The position numbers were made by a program, and so were the translations under genes. Below the pieces are notes generated by a model, which worked only from the letters and a program-made list of their open reading frames with translations, made no database searches and had not been told where the DNA came from. Positions 20,035 to 30,442 of a stretch of DNA of 64,000 nt are shown here, piece after piece. Source of the DNA: Bryobacteraceae bacterium (lineage in GTDB: Bacteria; Acidobacteriota; Terriglobia; Bryobacterales; Bryobacteraceae); the NCBI GenBank assembly GCA_035542735.1, contig DATKKV010000013.1:18175-82174 (forward strand), given 5' to 3'. Within the stretch, counting starts at the first letter, position 1. Each line of letters begins with the position of its first letter.

Positions 20035-20955
20035 TCAGCCTGGGATTTTTCCGATTTGGAACGCCGCGAGCCGCCGCCGAAGCGCGCTCCAGCTCATAAT
20101 GCTCGCCCATTCCCTAGCGTATTCGCCCATCGCCCCGGGATTCAGCCAAAGCCCTGCGGGAAGGCTCTCAACGTAACGCAAAATCGAGGGTTGCAGCGGC
20201 TCGAAGAATTGATCCCGAGCATCCGCCCGGTAGCATAGGTAGCTGTAAACCCACGGAAACGGCACATATCCGCAGTTCCGTTTCAGGACTCTAAACGTCT
20301 CCCGAAAAGCGGCCTCGCGCTGGCCTAGGGTCTTATTCGCCCGGTGCATCCGGGATTCGGCCAGCGCCTCCGGGATCCGTCGCAACCGGTGCGTACGCGT
20401 TAGCCTCAGCCAGAAATCGTAGTCGAACGCCAGGTGAAGATCGGGATCCAGCCCCCCCACGCTCTCGAACGCCGAGCGCCTAAAGAGGCTGGCGGGCTGG
20501 CAAATGAAACACCCCCGGTTCAGTGCCGCGCGATCAAACTCCTTCACCGGATATGGCGCGATGCGCCCCCCGGCTTCGTCAATCCACCATGCGTCCCCGT
20601 AGACGCCGGCATCTTCCGCCTCCCGCAGATGCCGGACTGCGGCCGACACCGCTCCCGGAAGATACAAATCGTCGGCATTTAAGAACCCAAGAATCGCGCC
20701 CGAGCCGAGCGCGAATCCTTTATTGATCGCATCGGCCGCGCCCTTGTCCGGACTGGAGCGCCACCGCAGCCTCGCCTCGTATTTCTTGAGAATCTCGATC
20801 GTGCCATCGGTTGAACCTCCGTCCATCACGATGTATTCCAGGCGCGGGTAGCCCTGCTCGAGCACGCTGAGGATGGTCTGCTCGACGAATCGCCCCGAGT
20901 TCAGGCAGGCGGTGACGATGGTCACCAGCGGCTCAGGCGCCGACGTAGCGGGCAT
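20035..20955 (-). CDS. family 2 glycosyltransferase
   Basis: VTIVTACLNSGRFVEQTILSVLEQGYPRLEYIVMDGGSTDGT and a DD motif (NADDLY). The start is ambiguous (20955, 20979 or 21009); 20955 minimises the overlap with the upstream gene (23 nt). Confidence 0.8.
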   Translation of the reverse strand: MPATSAPEPLVTIVTACLNSGRFVEQTILSVLEQGYPRLEYIVMDGGSTDGTIEILKKYEARLRWRSSPDKGAADAINKGFALGSGAILGFLNADDLYLPGAVSAAVRHLREAEDAGVYGDAWWIDEAGGRIAPYPVKEFDRAALNRGCFICQPASLFRRSAFESVGGLDPDLHLAFDYDFWLRLTRTHRLRRIPEALAESRMHRANKTLGQREAAFRETFRVLKRNCGYVPFPWVYSYLCYRADARDQFFEPLQPSILRYVESLPAGLWLNPGAMGEYAREWASIMSWSALRRRLAAFQIGKIPG

Positions 20956-21949
20956 AGAGGCTCCGGGCGATCCCGACATCGGTGGTTCCCTTAATGATGG
21001 CTCGGCCATCGGGGAAGATCATCAGCTCATAGGCATCCAATACAACGCGCAGGGCGAACTCGTTGGCGCGCACCGGCGCGAGCTTCGCAAGTCTCGCGGA
21101 AAGCTCCGCCAAGTCCAGCGGACGGGCGCGTTCGTGAATCTGCACCGCGTTGCGTCCGCACAAGCTCACCGGCGCGCGCCTCGACCCTTCCAGATGAATG
21201 AAATGACGCGCGCCGCAGCAAGGGCATTCCGGGTCGCGCGACATCGGGCCGGCCTGCCGCACCTCGCCCGACCAAACATCCAAGGTCGTGAGCTTCGCCG
21301 CGAACTCAGCTCCGGCCAAAATCTTCATCGCGTCAGCGCATTGGAGTGACGCGATCGCGGCGGTGACGCTGGCGAGCACGCCCGCCGTCTCGCAGGTCTC
21401 TTGCGCGCCCTTCGGAGGCTCGGGATAGACACACTTGAAACATGCCGTGGCGCCCGGAATGACCGCCATTTTCAAACCGTAGCTCGAAACGGCCGCTCCG
21501 TAGATCCACGGGATGCCTTCCCGCACTGAAAAATCGTTTACCAAATAGCGCGTTTCAAAATTATCCGTGGCGTCTAGAATCAGGTCTACTTCCTCGAATA
21601 ACTCGGCTATGTTCGATGGACTCAGGTCGGCGACATGAGGCTCGACGGCAACCTCGGAATTGATCGCGGCCAGCCGGCGCGCAGCCGCCATGGCCTTCGG
21701 AATCCCGTCGGCCGCATCGGCTTCGGAAAACAGAAATTGACGCTGGAGATTGCTCAGCTCGACGATATCGCGGTCGATGATCCTTAAGCGGCCCACCCCC
21801 GCGCGAGTCAAAATCTCCGCCTGCACAGTTCCCAGAGCGCCGCAGCCGACGATCACAACGCTCGACGACGCCAGCTTCCCCTGCCCCTGTTCTCCCCAGG
21901 GCGCGAACCGGGTCTGCCGGGAGTAACGGGAGTTGCTGGAGCGCATCAT
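20933..21949 (-). CDS. ThiF/MoeB/HesA-family E1-like adenylyltransferase
   Basis: RYSRQTRF...VVIVGCGALGTVQAEILTRAGVGRLRIIDRDIVELSNLQRQ (nucleotide-binding loop), CxxC pairs (CFKC...CPCC), and the C-terminal LMIFPDGRAIIKGT segment seen in MoeB-like proteins. Confidence 0.85.
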   Translation of the reverse strand: MMRSSNSRYSRQTRFAPWGEQGQGKLASSSVVIVGCGALGTVQAEILTRAGVGRLRIIDRDIVELSNLQRQFLFSEADAADGIPKAMAAARRLAAINSEVAVEPHVADLSPSNIAELFEEVDLILDATDNFETRYLVNDFSVREGIPWIYGAAVSSYGLKMAVIPGATACFKCVYPEPPKGAQETCETAGVLASVTAAIASLQCADAMKILAGAEFAAKLTTLDVWSGEVRQAGPMSRDPECPCCGARHFIHLEGSRRAPVSLCGRNAVQIHERARPLDLAELSARLAKLAPVRANEFALRVVLDAYELMIFPDGRAIIKGTTDVGIARSLYARYVGA

Positions 21950-22046
21950 ACTGACTAAAGGAGCGGTTCTGGGGCCTTTGATTTGATGGTAACAGCCAAG
22001 CCGATGACAGCAAAGCACGAAGCGCGAGCGCTATCATTGTGAAAAC

Positions 22047-24998
22047 GTGCGTCCGCCGATGCTAGTGCTTGTTCCGTTGCTGGTAAGTATCGCGGCCGCG
22101 CCCTTTGCAGTGGGTCAGGATGAGAAGGAAACCCTCACTGCGGCGGCCTATGCCGGCAAACCCGTTGGCCGCGTCGATTTCGATCCTCCCGATCAACCGC
22201 TGCCCCGCTCCGAACTGGACAGGCTGATTCCCATGCGCCCTGGCGCTCTGTTGAATCTCAACGACGTTCACACCGCGATCCAGAACCTCTATAACACCGG
22301 CCGTTACTCCAATATTTCCATCAGCGCGTTCAACGAGGGCGCCACGCTGGTGATCAACATTTCCACCGAGCTTTCGTATTTCGTCGGCCGCGTCAGCCTG
22401 GCCGGTGTGGCCGAGCCGCCCAGCCGCGGCCAGTTGACCACCGCCTCCAAACTGGAGTTGGGCGCGCCATTTGAGGACAACGACATGGAGCAGGCTGTGC
22501 AGAACATGCTGGAACGTATGCGCGCCAACGGCTTTCACAACGCTAAGATCGACTATTCCGTCAACCGGCGGCCTGCGACCGAAGAGGCCAGTATCCATTT
22601 CGATATTCAACCCGGCGATCGCGCCCGCTTCGACGGCGTGACACTCGGTGGAAACTTCGCGAAACCGCCGGAACGCATCGTCAAGGTCACCCACTGGCGG
22701 CGCAATTTTCTGTTTCTTACCCTTCCCGGCTGGAAAACCGCCACAGAGAGCCGCCTTACCGCCGGGATCGAAAGCGTCCGCGAGGATTTTCAGAAGGGCA
22801 CTCATTTGGAGGCCCGGGTGACGCTGGAGAAGCTCGACTACAATCCCGATACCAATACCCTGCGGCCTTCGCTCTACATCGACAATGGCCCCACGGTGGA
22901 CGTGAAGACCACCGGAGCTAAAGTGTCGCGCGGCAAGCTGAAGCAGTTGATCCCGGTGTTTGAGGAACGGACCGTGGATCGCACGCTTTTGGTGGAAGGC
23001 CAACGCAACCTGGTGGAATATTTCCAGGCAAAAGGATATTTCGACGCCAGCGTGGATTTCCGCGACGAGCGCCCGTCGCCCGACGTCTACGAAATCAACT
23101 ACGACGTCCAGCGTAACCAGCGCTTTAAAGTGCGCAGCATCGAAATCAGCGGCAACAAGTATTTCAATACCGCGACCCTGCGGGAGCGTATGTACATTAC
23201 CACCGCCAGGTTCCCCCGCTTCCGCTATGGCCGGTATTCCCAGAAGCAGTTGGAGCGCGATAAGGAGACGATCAAGGATCTGTACCGGGCCAACGGATTC
23301 CGCGATGCCGATGTCGAATCCACAGTCGACACCACCTTCCGCGGGAAGAACGGCGAGTTGGGTGTCGTGCTGGAGGTGAAGGAAGGCCCGCAATGGTTTG
23401 TCGGCAAGCTCGAATTTGAAGGAATACCCGAAAATGATCTCCCTTACCTTCGCTCCACGATTCAATCCGCTCCTGATCAGCCATTCAGCGAAGCCAACAT
23501 TGCAGCCGATCGGGATACGATCCTCGGTTACTACTACAACAACGGTTATCCCGAAGCCTCGTTCGACTGGACGCAGACGCCCGGCGACGGCGATCATCGC
23601 GTCAACCTGAAATACACACTTCGCCAAGGCAAGCGCATCTACGTCCGCAGTGTTCTGCTAAGCGGCTTACAGACCACCCGCCCATCGCTGGCCGAAAGCC
23701 GCATCCTCCTGAAACCCGGCGATCCGCTGTCCCAGCAAAGCATCGGCGCCAGCCAGCAGAGACTCTACGACCTCGGCATTCTCTCGAAAGTTCAAACAGC
23801 AATTCAGAACCCCGGCGGCGACGAGGAACGAAAGTACGTCCTGCTCCAGGTGGACGAAGGCAGCCGCTATTCCTACACAGTCGGCTTCGGCGCGCAGCTG
23901 GCGCGCATCGGCGGCGGGGTCACAAACTTCGATGATCCGGCAGGGGCTGCAGGCTTTAGCCCGCGCGTCTCCTTCGGCGTCAGCCGCCTCAATTTCCTCG
24001 GCCTTGGCCAGACTCTGAACCTGAACACTCTGGTCTCCACGATTGAGCAGCGCGCCGTGTTGACCTATATTATTCCCCGCCCGTGGAAGCACGAGAGTCT
24101 ATCGCTCAGTTGGTCCGGCCTGTTCGACAACGCCAACGACATTCGAACGTTCCATCAGCAACGCGAGGAAGGATCGGTCCAGCTCGCCCAGCGCCTCTCG
24201 CGCCAGTATTCGCTGCAATACCGCTTCGCGCTGCGCCATGTCATCGTGTCCGAGCTGAAGATTTCGCCCGAACTGATTCCCCTGCTTTCGCAGCCGGTCC
24301 GAGTCGGGATCGCGTCGACGACCTTCATCCAGGACCGCCGGGACGATCCCGTCAACTCCCACCGCGGGATCTACAACACCGTCGACCTCGGCCTCGCGCT
24401 GCGAGCATTCGGCTCGCAGACCGATTTCACGCGTCTGCTGTTGCGCAACGCCACCTATCATCCCATTGGGAAGGACATCGTCATCGCGCGCAGTCTCGAA
24501 TTCGGCTATATTCAGCGCCTCGGCGGATTGGCTGAAATCCCACTCGGAGAGCGCTGGTTCTCCGGCGGCTCCTCATCGAACCGCGCTTTTCCCGATAACC
24601 AGGCAGGCCCGCGCGACCTCGATACCGGATTTCCCTTGGGCGGGGACGCACTGTTGTTCCTTTCCACCGAGGTGCGCTTCCCTCTAATCGGCGACAATGT
24701 AGGTGGCGTCCTGTTCCACGATATGGGCAACGTCTACGACAGCATTCAGGACATCAGTTTCCGCTTCCGTCAGCGCAATATCCAGGATTTTGGCTACGCC
24801 GTTCAGTCAGTAGGTTTCGGCATCCGCTATCGCACGCCCATCGGACCCATCCGCGCCGACTTCAGCTTCAGCCCGAACGCACCACGCTTTTATGGCTTTA
24901 AGGGTACCTATGAAGAATTGATCCTGGGTCAAGGCGTGCAGACCAACCAGAAGATCAATCTGTTCCAGTTCCACTTTTCCCTGGGGCAAACATTCTGA
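22047..24998 (+). CDS. bamA: outer membrane protein assembly factor BamA (Omp85; POTRA repeats plus beta-barrel)
   Basis: Signal peptide, multiple POTRA units (e.g. VRSIEISGNKYFNTATLRERM) and a C-terminal Omp85 barrel ending in ...FHFSLGQTF (terminal aromatic residue). Confidence 0.9.
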   Translation: MRPPMLVLVPLLVSIAAAPFAVGQDEKETLTAAAYAGKPVGRVDFDPPDQPLPRSELDRLIPMRPGALLNLNDVHTAIQNLYNTGRYSNISISAFNEGATLVINISTELSYFVGRVSLAGVAEPPSRGQLTTASKLELGAPFEDNDMEQAVQNMLERMRANGFHNAKIDYSVNRRPATEEASIHFDIQPGDRARFDGVTLGGNFAKPPERIVKVTHWRRNFLFLTLPGWKTATESRLTAGIESVREDFQKGTHLEARVTLEKLDYNPDTNTLRPSLYIDNGPTVDVKTTGAKVSRGKLKQLIPVFEERTVDRTLLVEGQRNLVEYFQAKGYFDASVDFRDERPSPDVYEINYDVQRNQRFKVRSIEISGNKYFNTATLRERMYITTARFPRFRYGRYSQKQLERDKETIKDLYRANGFRDADVESTVDTTFRGKNGELGVVLEVKEGPQWFVGKLEFEGIPENDLPYLRSTIQSAPDQPFSEANIAADRDTILGYYYNNGYPEASFDWTQTPGDGDHRVNLKYTLRQGKRIYVRSVLLSGLQTTRPSLAESRILLKPGDPLSQQSIGASQQRLYDLGILSKVQTAIQNPGGDEERKYVLLQVDEGSRYSYTVGFGAQLARIGGGVTNFDDPAGAAGFSPRVSFGVSRLNFLGLGQTLNLNTLVSTIEQRAVLTYIIPRPWKHESLSLSWSGLFDNANDIRTFHQQREEGSVQLAQRLSRQYSLQYRFALRHVIVSELKISPELIPLLSQPVRVGIASTTFIQDRRDDPVNSHRGIYNTVDLGLALRAFGSQTDFTRLLLRNATYHPIGKDIVIARSLEFGYIQRLGGLAEIPLGERWFSGGSSSNRAFPDNQAGPRDLDTGFPLGGDALLFLSTEVRFPLIGDNVGGVLFHDMGNVYDSIQDISFRFRQRNIQDFGYAVQSVGFGIRYRTPIGPIRADFSFSPNAPRFYGFKGTYEELILGQGVQTNQKINLFQFHFSLGQTF

Positions 24999-25633
24999 TG
25001 ACGAGCCTTATCCTCGCCGCGATGATCTCCGTTTCCGTCCCCGCGGACGTGCTCGACCGCATCGCCGTAACCATCGGGAAGCATGTGATCACCGAAGGCG
25101 ATATTCTGCTCGATCTGCGCATCGCCGCGTTCCTCGACCAAAAGCCGGTGGACGCCACCCCCGATCAAAAGCGCAAGGCCGCCGATCGCCTTATCGATCA
25201 ATACCTCCTGTTGCAGGAAGCCGCCCTGAGCCGTCTCGCGCTGCCCGGCGAGGCCGACGCGCAGCAGCTTCTCGAACAGGTGAAGTCGCAATATGCCACT
25301 GAAACGGAGTACCGCGCTGCTCTCGCGCGCTCGTCCATTACCGAAGCGGCAATGGCAGCGCACCTGCTGAACGGAATCCGCGCCCTCCGCTTCGCTGACC
25401 TTCGCTTCCGGCCGGAGGTCCAGATTTCCGACGACGATCTGCGCGACTACTACGACTCCGTGGCCGCCCAATGGAAGCGCACCAACACTACCCAGGTGCC
25501 GACGTTCGAAGCCAGCCGCCCCCAGATCGAAAAATTGCTTACCGATCAGCGCGTCACCCAGGCAATGGACCGCTGGCTCGGCGCCACTCGCAGCGAAACG
25601 CAGATCCTGTATAAGGACGAGGCGTTCAAATGA
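24998..25633 (+). CDS. SurA-N-terminal-domain-like periplasmic chaperone (no PPIase domain)
   Basis: DRIAVTIGKHVITEGDILLDLRIAAF... resembles the SurA N-terminal chaperone module. Translationally coupled to bamA (TGATG) and tamB (ATGA). Confidence 0.5.
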   Translation: MTSLILAAMISVSVPADVLDRIAVTIGKHVITEGDILLDLRIAAFLDQKPVDATPDQKRKAADRLIDQYLLLQEAALSRLALPGEADAQQLLEQVKSQYATETEYRAALARSSITEAAMAAHLLNGIRALRFADLRFRPEVQISDDDLRDYYDSVAAQWKRTNTTQVPTFEASRPQIEKLLTDQRVTQAMDRWLGATRSETQILYKDEAFK

Positions 25634-28600
25634 GGAAACTCGGACGAATCCTGCTGCGCATCCTGGCCGCCCTCGCCCTGCTGGCCGCGGTCTGCGCCCT
25701 GGGCACCGTGCTGGTCTTTCGCAGCGGCTGGTTCCATGAACTCGTTCACCGCCGCCTGATCGCGGAAATCGAGAAAGCCACCGGAGGCCGCGTCGAGGTG
25801 GGAAACTTCTCCTTCAACGCCAACCGTCTGGAGGTGAACGTTAGTCCCCTTGTCTTGCACGGAAAGGAATCCGCAGCCGAGCCACCCTTCGTGCGTATCG
25901 CCTCCCTCACCGCGCGCCTGCGCATTATTTCCATGGTAGAGCGTAAGATCGATCTTTCCGAACTCCACATTGTCCAGCCGCAGGTCCGCATCGTTTTTTA
26001 TCCTGACGGATCCACCAATCTCCCCGAGCCCGCCGTTCGTCCCACCTCCCTGTGGTCCGAGCATCTGGTGCATCTTGCCGTCCGCCGCTATGAGGTCACC
26101 AACGGGCTGTTTGAATACGACGGCCAGGACATCCCCCTCAACATTCGCGGCGAGCACCTGCTCGTGCGCATGGCCTATGAGCCTTCCCGAACCAACCCGT
26201 TCTATCGCGGCGAATTTGAATCCAACCGCATCCGCGTGATTCCCGGCGGCGCTGGCCCGGTGGAAGTCGATGCCTCCGCAGCCTTCACCCTCGACAAATC
26301 GAAAATCGACGTGAAACGCCTGGAGATTTCCACCGCCGAGTCCCGGGCCGTCGTCACCGGCGGGTTCACCAATCTCCGCAGGCCTCGCGGGACGTTCACC
26401 GTGAAGGCCACCGCTTCAGCGCGCGAAGCGGTGCGATTCTTCGCCGTGCCGATCGACCCGGCCGGCTCGGCAACCTTCGATGGCAGACTCAATATCTCCT
26501 TCGACAAGCCCTTCGAGTTCTCGATGAAGGGCCGCGCCGCGGCCAAGGGCCTCGGTTACCATCAGGATCGCGTGAGGATCGAAAATGCCGACGTGCGCGG
26601 CGACCTCGCCCTCGGCCTCGACTCCATCACTCTCCAAGACCTCACGCTCACCGCGCTCGGCGCCACCGTTAACGGGCAGGCAACCCTCCTCCACTGGCGC
26701 GATTTTCACGCCGAGGGCAATCTGCAGGGGCTTGGTCTTCAGAGCGCCGCCCATGTTATTACCGACCGGCCAGTCCCTTGGCACGCCACGCTGGCCGGCG
26801 GTTTTTCACTCGACGCATCGCTCGCCAAGCCGGCCGCGAGGTTTCAAGGCAACATCGGGATGTATCCCGCACCGCAGGAAGGCTCGCCGCTGGAAGGCCA
26901 TCTCGATGTCGATTACGACCAGGCCGCAGGAACCCTCGCTTTCGGCCAGTCCTATCTCAGCACGCCTGCTTCGCGTGTCGACTTCAGCGGCACGCTCGGC
27001 CAGACGCTCGACATGCGTGCGCAATCAACAAACCTCGACGATCTCCTGCCTGCGCTCGCCCTCTACGATCCAAACGCGCCCAGAGAACTTCCTCTAAAGC
27101 TGAACAACGGCCGCGCCGTGTTCATCGGTTCTGTAAGCGGCGCCCTCGACGACCCGCGCGTCGTGGGCAAGGCCACGATTACGAACGCCGTCGCGACGGT
27201 CAAGACGGTTCCGCACGCATTCGATAGTCTCGCCGCAAGTCTCGATGCGTCGCGCCGCGATATTCATCTTTCGGCCTTTACGCTGACACGCGGCAAGACA
27301 TCGATCGACGGGCAGGCCACCATCGCCGGCAATAATGGCTCCTTCGACGATGCTTCGCTCGACGCGACCCTCAATCTGCACGACGTGCAACTCGCTGAAC
27401 TTATGAAGGAGACTGGCCAGAGTTTCGATGTCACCGGCAATGGCTCGGCCAGTGCGCACATAGCAGGCACGATGCAAAACCCCGTCGCCGATATTGCGGC
27501 CCAAGTGGAAAAGCTGGCTGTTTTTGATGAACAGGTCGACCGCGCCAGCGCAACGCTTCATTACGCAGATCACAACATTGCTGTCTCCTCGGGTAACGCG
27601 CAGACCGGCCCGGCCCGCATCCGATTTGACGGCGCCTATTCCCAATCGAGCGGCGATACCCGCTTTTCGGTGACCGCCGAGAATCTTCCCGGCGCGCGCA
27701 TTCACGCGCTGTCGAAACTACCTATGCACGCCGACGGCACCGTCACCGCGAAATTCTCCGGAACCGGCCGCGTCGCCGGCGGCGCATTCGCCCTGCGCAC
27801 TCTATCCGGCGACGCCACCGCGCGCGACATTACTCTCGACGGCGACGGCGTGGGCGACCTCTCCCTCACCGCACACACCCAGGGTTCGGACCTTTCCGTG
27901 CGCGCCAACGCCACTGTGCGCGGCGCGAAATTCGACGCCACCGGAGCCTGGAAGCTGGAGGGCGACGATCCCGGCTCCCTCACCATCCACGCCCAGCGCG
28001 TAGATATCGCCACCGCGCACCGCATTTACCGGATCGGCGGCACCAATGAGCAGAAGAACGAAGTCCTTCCCTTCGAAGGCTTCATCGACAGCCATGCCAC
28101 GGTCGCCGTATCCCTGCGAAAACCCGAGGAGTTTCGGGCCGAGATTACGCTTGACCAGGCGCAGATCAACGCCCGCAAGTCCCAAGCCTTGAAACTCGGT
28201 GTCCAGCCTGAGGATGTCGTGCTCCACAACGTTCGACCGGTCTCCGTCATTCTCACCTCCAAAGAGGCGCGCCTCCAGTCCGCCCAATTTTCCGCTCGCG
28301 GTACCAGCCTGGAGGCCGCTGGAGGCATCCCTTTCGATCCGCAGGCTCCCGCCGATCTTGCCGTCCGCGGCTCCGTCAATCTGGCCATCCTGCAGCTCTA
28401 CAACCCAGACCTGCTCGCCCGAGGCAGCGCCACCGTTCAGGCAAGCGTGAAAGGTTCCATCCGCGATCCGCAGGTGAATGGCCGCATGGAATTGAAAAGC
28501 GCGTCGCTCTACCTCAGCGATCTGCCCAACGGCATCGACAACGCCAACGGCAGCGTGACGTTCGACCGAAATCGCGCCACCATCGAGACGCTCACCGCGG

Positions 28601-29640
28601 AGACGGGAGGGGGGAAGGTCTTCTTCGCCGGATTCGTCGAACTGCGCGACGTCCTTACCTACCGCCTGCAAGCCGAGGCACAGCAGGTCCGCGTGCGTTA
28701 CCCCGAAGATGTCAGCAACACGTTCAGCGCAAAGCTCGCCCTCAACGGCACGTCTGACGCCAGCACGCTATCCGGTTCCATCACCCTTATACGCGCCGCC
28801 TTTAACCCTCACTCCGACCTCGGCGGATTCCTGGCCCTCGCCGCCAAGCCCGTCCCGGCGCCCGCCACGCCCAACGAGTATCTGCGGGGCATGCAGTTCG
28901 ACGTGCGCATCGAAAGCGGACCAAATTTCGAATTCCAGACCTCCCTCACCCGGAACGTCGAAGCCGAAATCGACCTCCACTTGCGGGGCACACCCCTCCG
29001 GCCCGTCCTGCTCGGCTCCATTTCCATCAATCAGGGCGAAATTCAAATCTTCGGCAACCGCTACACGGTCGACCGCGGCGACATTCGCTTCCTTAACCCC
29101 ATCAAAATCGAACCCACTTTCGACATGGACCTGGGAACCCGCGCCCGCGGCATCGTCGTCGACATCAGCTTCTCCGGGACCCTTCAGAAGCTCAACGTGA
29201 ACTATAGTTCGGACCCTCCGCTGCAGACCCGCGAGATCATTGCCCTGCTCGCCGTCGGCCGCGACCCGAATGCGCTCGGGAGCACCGCCGCCGGACAGAT
29301 TGCCACCGGTTCCTCTACCGCGCTCGAAGCGGGCGGAGGACTCCTCAGCGAAGCGGTCTCCGCGCAACTTTCCAGCCGGCTCCAGCGCTTCTTCGGCGCC
29401 AGCCGCGTGAAGATCGACCCGACCGTCACCGGCGTCGACACCCTCCCGCAGGCCCGCCTCACGGTCGAGCAGCAAGTGTCGAAGGAGATTACGCTCACCT
29501 ACATCACGAATCTTAACCGAACGCAGGAGCAGGCGGTGCAGTTCGAATGGGCCTTCAGCCCCCACTGGTCCGCCATCGCCGTCCGCCAGGAGAATGGCCT
29601 GTTCGGCATCTACTTTCAGTACCGCAAACGATTCAAATGA
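25630..29640 (+). CDS. tamB: translocation and assembly module protein TamB (DUF490 C-terminus)
   Basis: N-terminal membrane anchor LRILAALALLAAVCALGTVLV, 1336 aa of beta-rich repeats, and a C-terminal DUF490-like ...VEQQVSKEITLTYITNLNRTQEQAVQFEW. Confidence 0.8.
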   Translation: MRKLGRILLRILAALALLAAVCALGTVLVFRSGWFHELVHRRLIAEIEKATGGRVEVGNFSFNANRLEVNVSPLVLHGKESAAEPPFVRIASLTARLRIISMVERKIDLSELHIVQPQVRIVFYPDGSTNLPEPAVRPTSLWSEHLVHLAVRRYEVTNGLFEYDGQDIPLNIRGEHLLVRMAYEPSRTNPFYRGEFESNRIRVIPGGAGPVEVDASAAFTLDKSKIDVKRLEISTAESRAVVTGGFTNLRRPRGTFTVKATASAREAVRFFAVPIDPAGSATFDGRLNISFDKPFEFSMKGRAAAKGLGYHQDRVRIENADVRGDLALGLDSITLQDLTLTALGATVNGQATLLHWRDFHAEGNLQGLGLQSAAHVITDRPVPWHATLAGGFSLDASLAKPAARFQGNIGMYPAPQEGSPLEGHLDVDYDQAAGTLAFGQSYLSTPASRVDFSGTLGQTLDMRAQSTNLDDLLPALALYDPNAPRELPLKLNNGRAVFIGSVSGALDDPRVVGKATITNAVATVKTVPHAFDSLAASLDASRRDIHLSAFTLTRGKTSIDGQATIAGNNGSFDDASLDATLNLHDVQLAELMKETGQSFDVTGNGSASAHIAGTMQNPVADIAAQVEKLAVFDEQVDRASATLHYADHNIAVSSGNAQTGPARIRFDGAYSQSSGDTRFSVTAENLPGARIHALSKLPMHADGTVTAKFSGTGRVAGGAFALRTLSGDATARDITLDGDGVGDLSLTAHTQGSDLSVRANATVRGAKFDATGAWKLEGDDPGSLTIHAQRVDIATAHRIYRIGGTNEQKNEVLPFEGFIDSHATVAVSLRKPEEFRAEITLDQAQINARKSQALKLGVQPEDVVLHNVRPVSVILTSKEARLQSAQFSARGTSLEAAGGIPFDPQAPADLAVRGSVNLAILQLYNPDLLARGSATVQASVKGSIRDPQVNGRMELKSASLYLSDLPNGIDNANGSVTFDRNRATIETLTAETGGGKVFFAGFVELRDVLTYRLQAEAQQVRVRYPEDVSNTFSAKLALNGTSDASTLSGSITLIRAAFNPHSDLGGFLALAAKPVPAPATPNEYLRGMQFDVRIESGPNFEFQTSLTRNVEAEIDLHLRGTPLRPVLLGSISINQGEIQIFGNRYTVDRGDIRFLNPIKIEPTFDMDLGTRARGIVVDISFSGTLQKLNVNYSSDPPLQTREIIALLAVGRDPNALGSTAAGQIATGSSTALEAGGGLLSEAVSAQLSSRLQRFFGASRVKIDPTVTGVDTLPQARLTVEQQVSKEITLTYITNLNRTQEQAVQFEWAFSPHWSAIAVRQENGLFGIYFQYRKRFK

Positions 29641-30422
29641 TTTCCCTGCTCGCCTTCCTGTTGCTCGCCGACTTCCGCTTTGTCATCCTTGGCGACCGCA
29701 CCGGCGATACCAGGTCCGGCGTCTATGAGGAAGTCTGGAAAGAAACTGCCGCCGACCATCCTGCTTTCGTCATCAACGCCGGCGACACGATCCAGGGCGG
29801 AGACGACGCCTCGGCCGATCGCGAATGGCGGAGCGTGAAGCGGATCCTCGCCCCCTATAGCGCCATCCCCTTTTACCTGACGCCCGGCAATCACGATATC
29901 TGGTCGGAGCTTTCAGAACGCCTGTTTGCCAAATATGCCGGCCGCCAGCCGCATTACAGCTTCGATCGCGAACAGGTGCATTTCACCATCCTCGACAACA
30001 GCCGGGACGAGGAGTTCTCAGCCGCCGAACTCGCCTTTCTCGAAGCAGACCTCGAAGCGCACAAATCGCAGCCGCTGAAATTCATCGTTTCCCATCGCCC
30101 GTCGTGGCTCGTCCGAATCCTCCTCAGAAATCCCCAGGACCCGGTGCATCTACTCGCGAAGAAGTACGGCGTGCAGTACGTGATCTCCGGCCACGTCCAC
30201 CTGATGATCCACGCCAGTTTCGAAGGCGTCGAATATTTCTCCATGCCCAGCGCTGGAGGCCATCTGCGCGGCACTGAAAAGTACGAAGACGGCTGGTTCT
30301 TCGCTCACACACTCGTCGAAGTCGACAACGCCGGCACACATTTTCACATAAAAGAGATAAAACCCGCCGCCCGCGTCACCACGCCTGCCGACTGGGGACC
30401 ATCCGGCCTTCTCCATCATTGA
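29637..30422 (+). CDS. secreted metallophosphoesterase
   Basis: Start trimmed to MISLLAFLLLADF, with an ATGA overlap with the tamB stop. Motifs GDRTGD, NAGDTIQGG, TPGNHD and SGHVH. Confidence 0.8.
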   Translation: MISLLAFLLLADFRFVILGDRTGDTRSGVYEEVWKETAADHPAFVINAGDTIQGGDDASADREWRSVKRILAPYSAIPFYLTPGNHDIWSELSERLFAKYAGRQPHYSFDREQVHFTILDNSRDEEFSAAELAFLEADLEAHKSQPLKFIVSHRPSWLVRILLRNPQDPVHLLAKKYGVQYVISGHVHLMIHASFEGVEYFSMPSAGGHLRGTEKYEDGWFFAHTLVEVDNAGTHFHIKEIKPAARVTTPADWGPSGLLHH

Positions 30423-30442
30423 TCTGCTAAGATCATCCACTA

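Noticed and set aside
22062-23627. 521-aa minus-strand ORF
   Set aside because: It lies entirely antisense to bamA, which has clear POTRA and Omp85 features.
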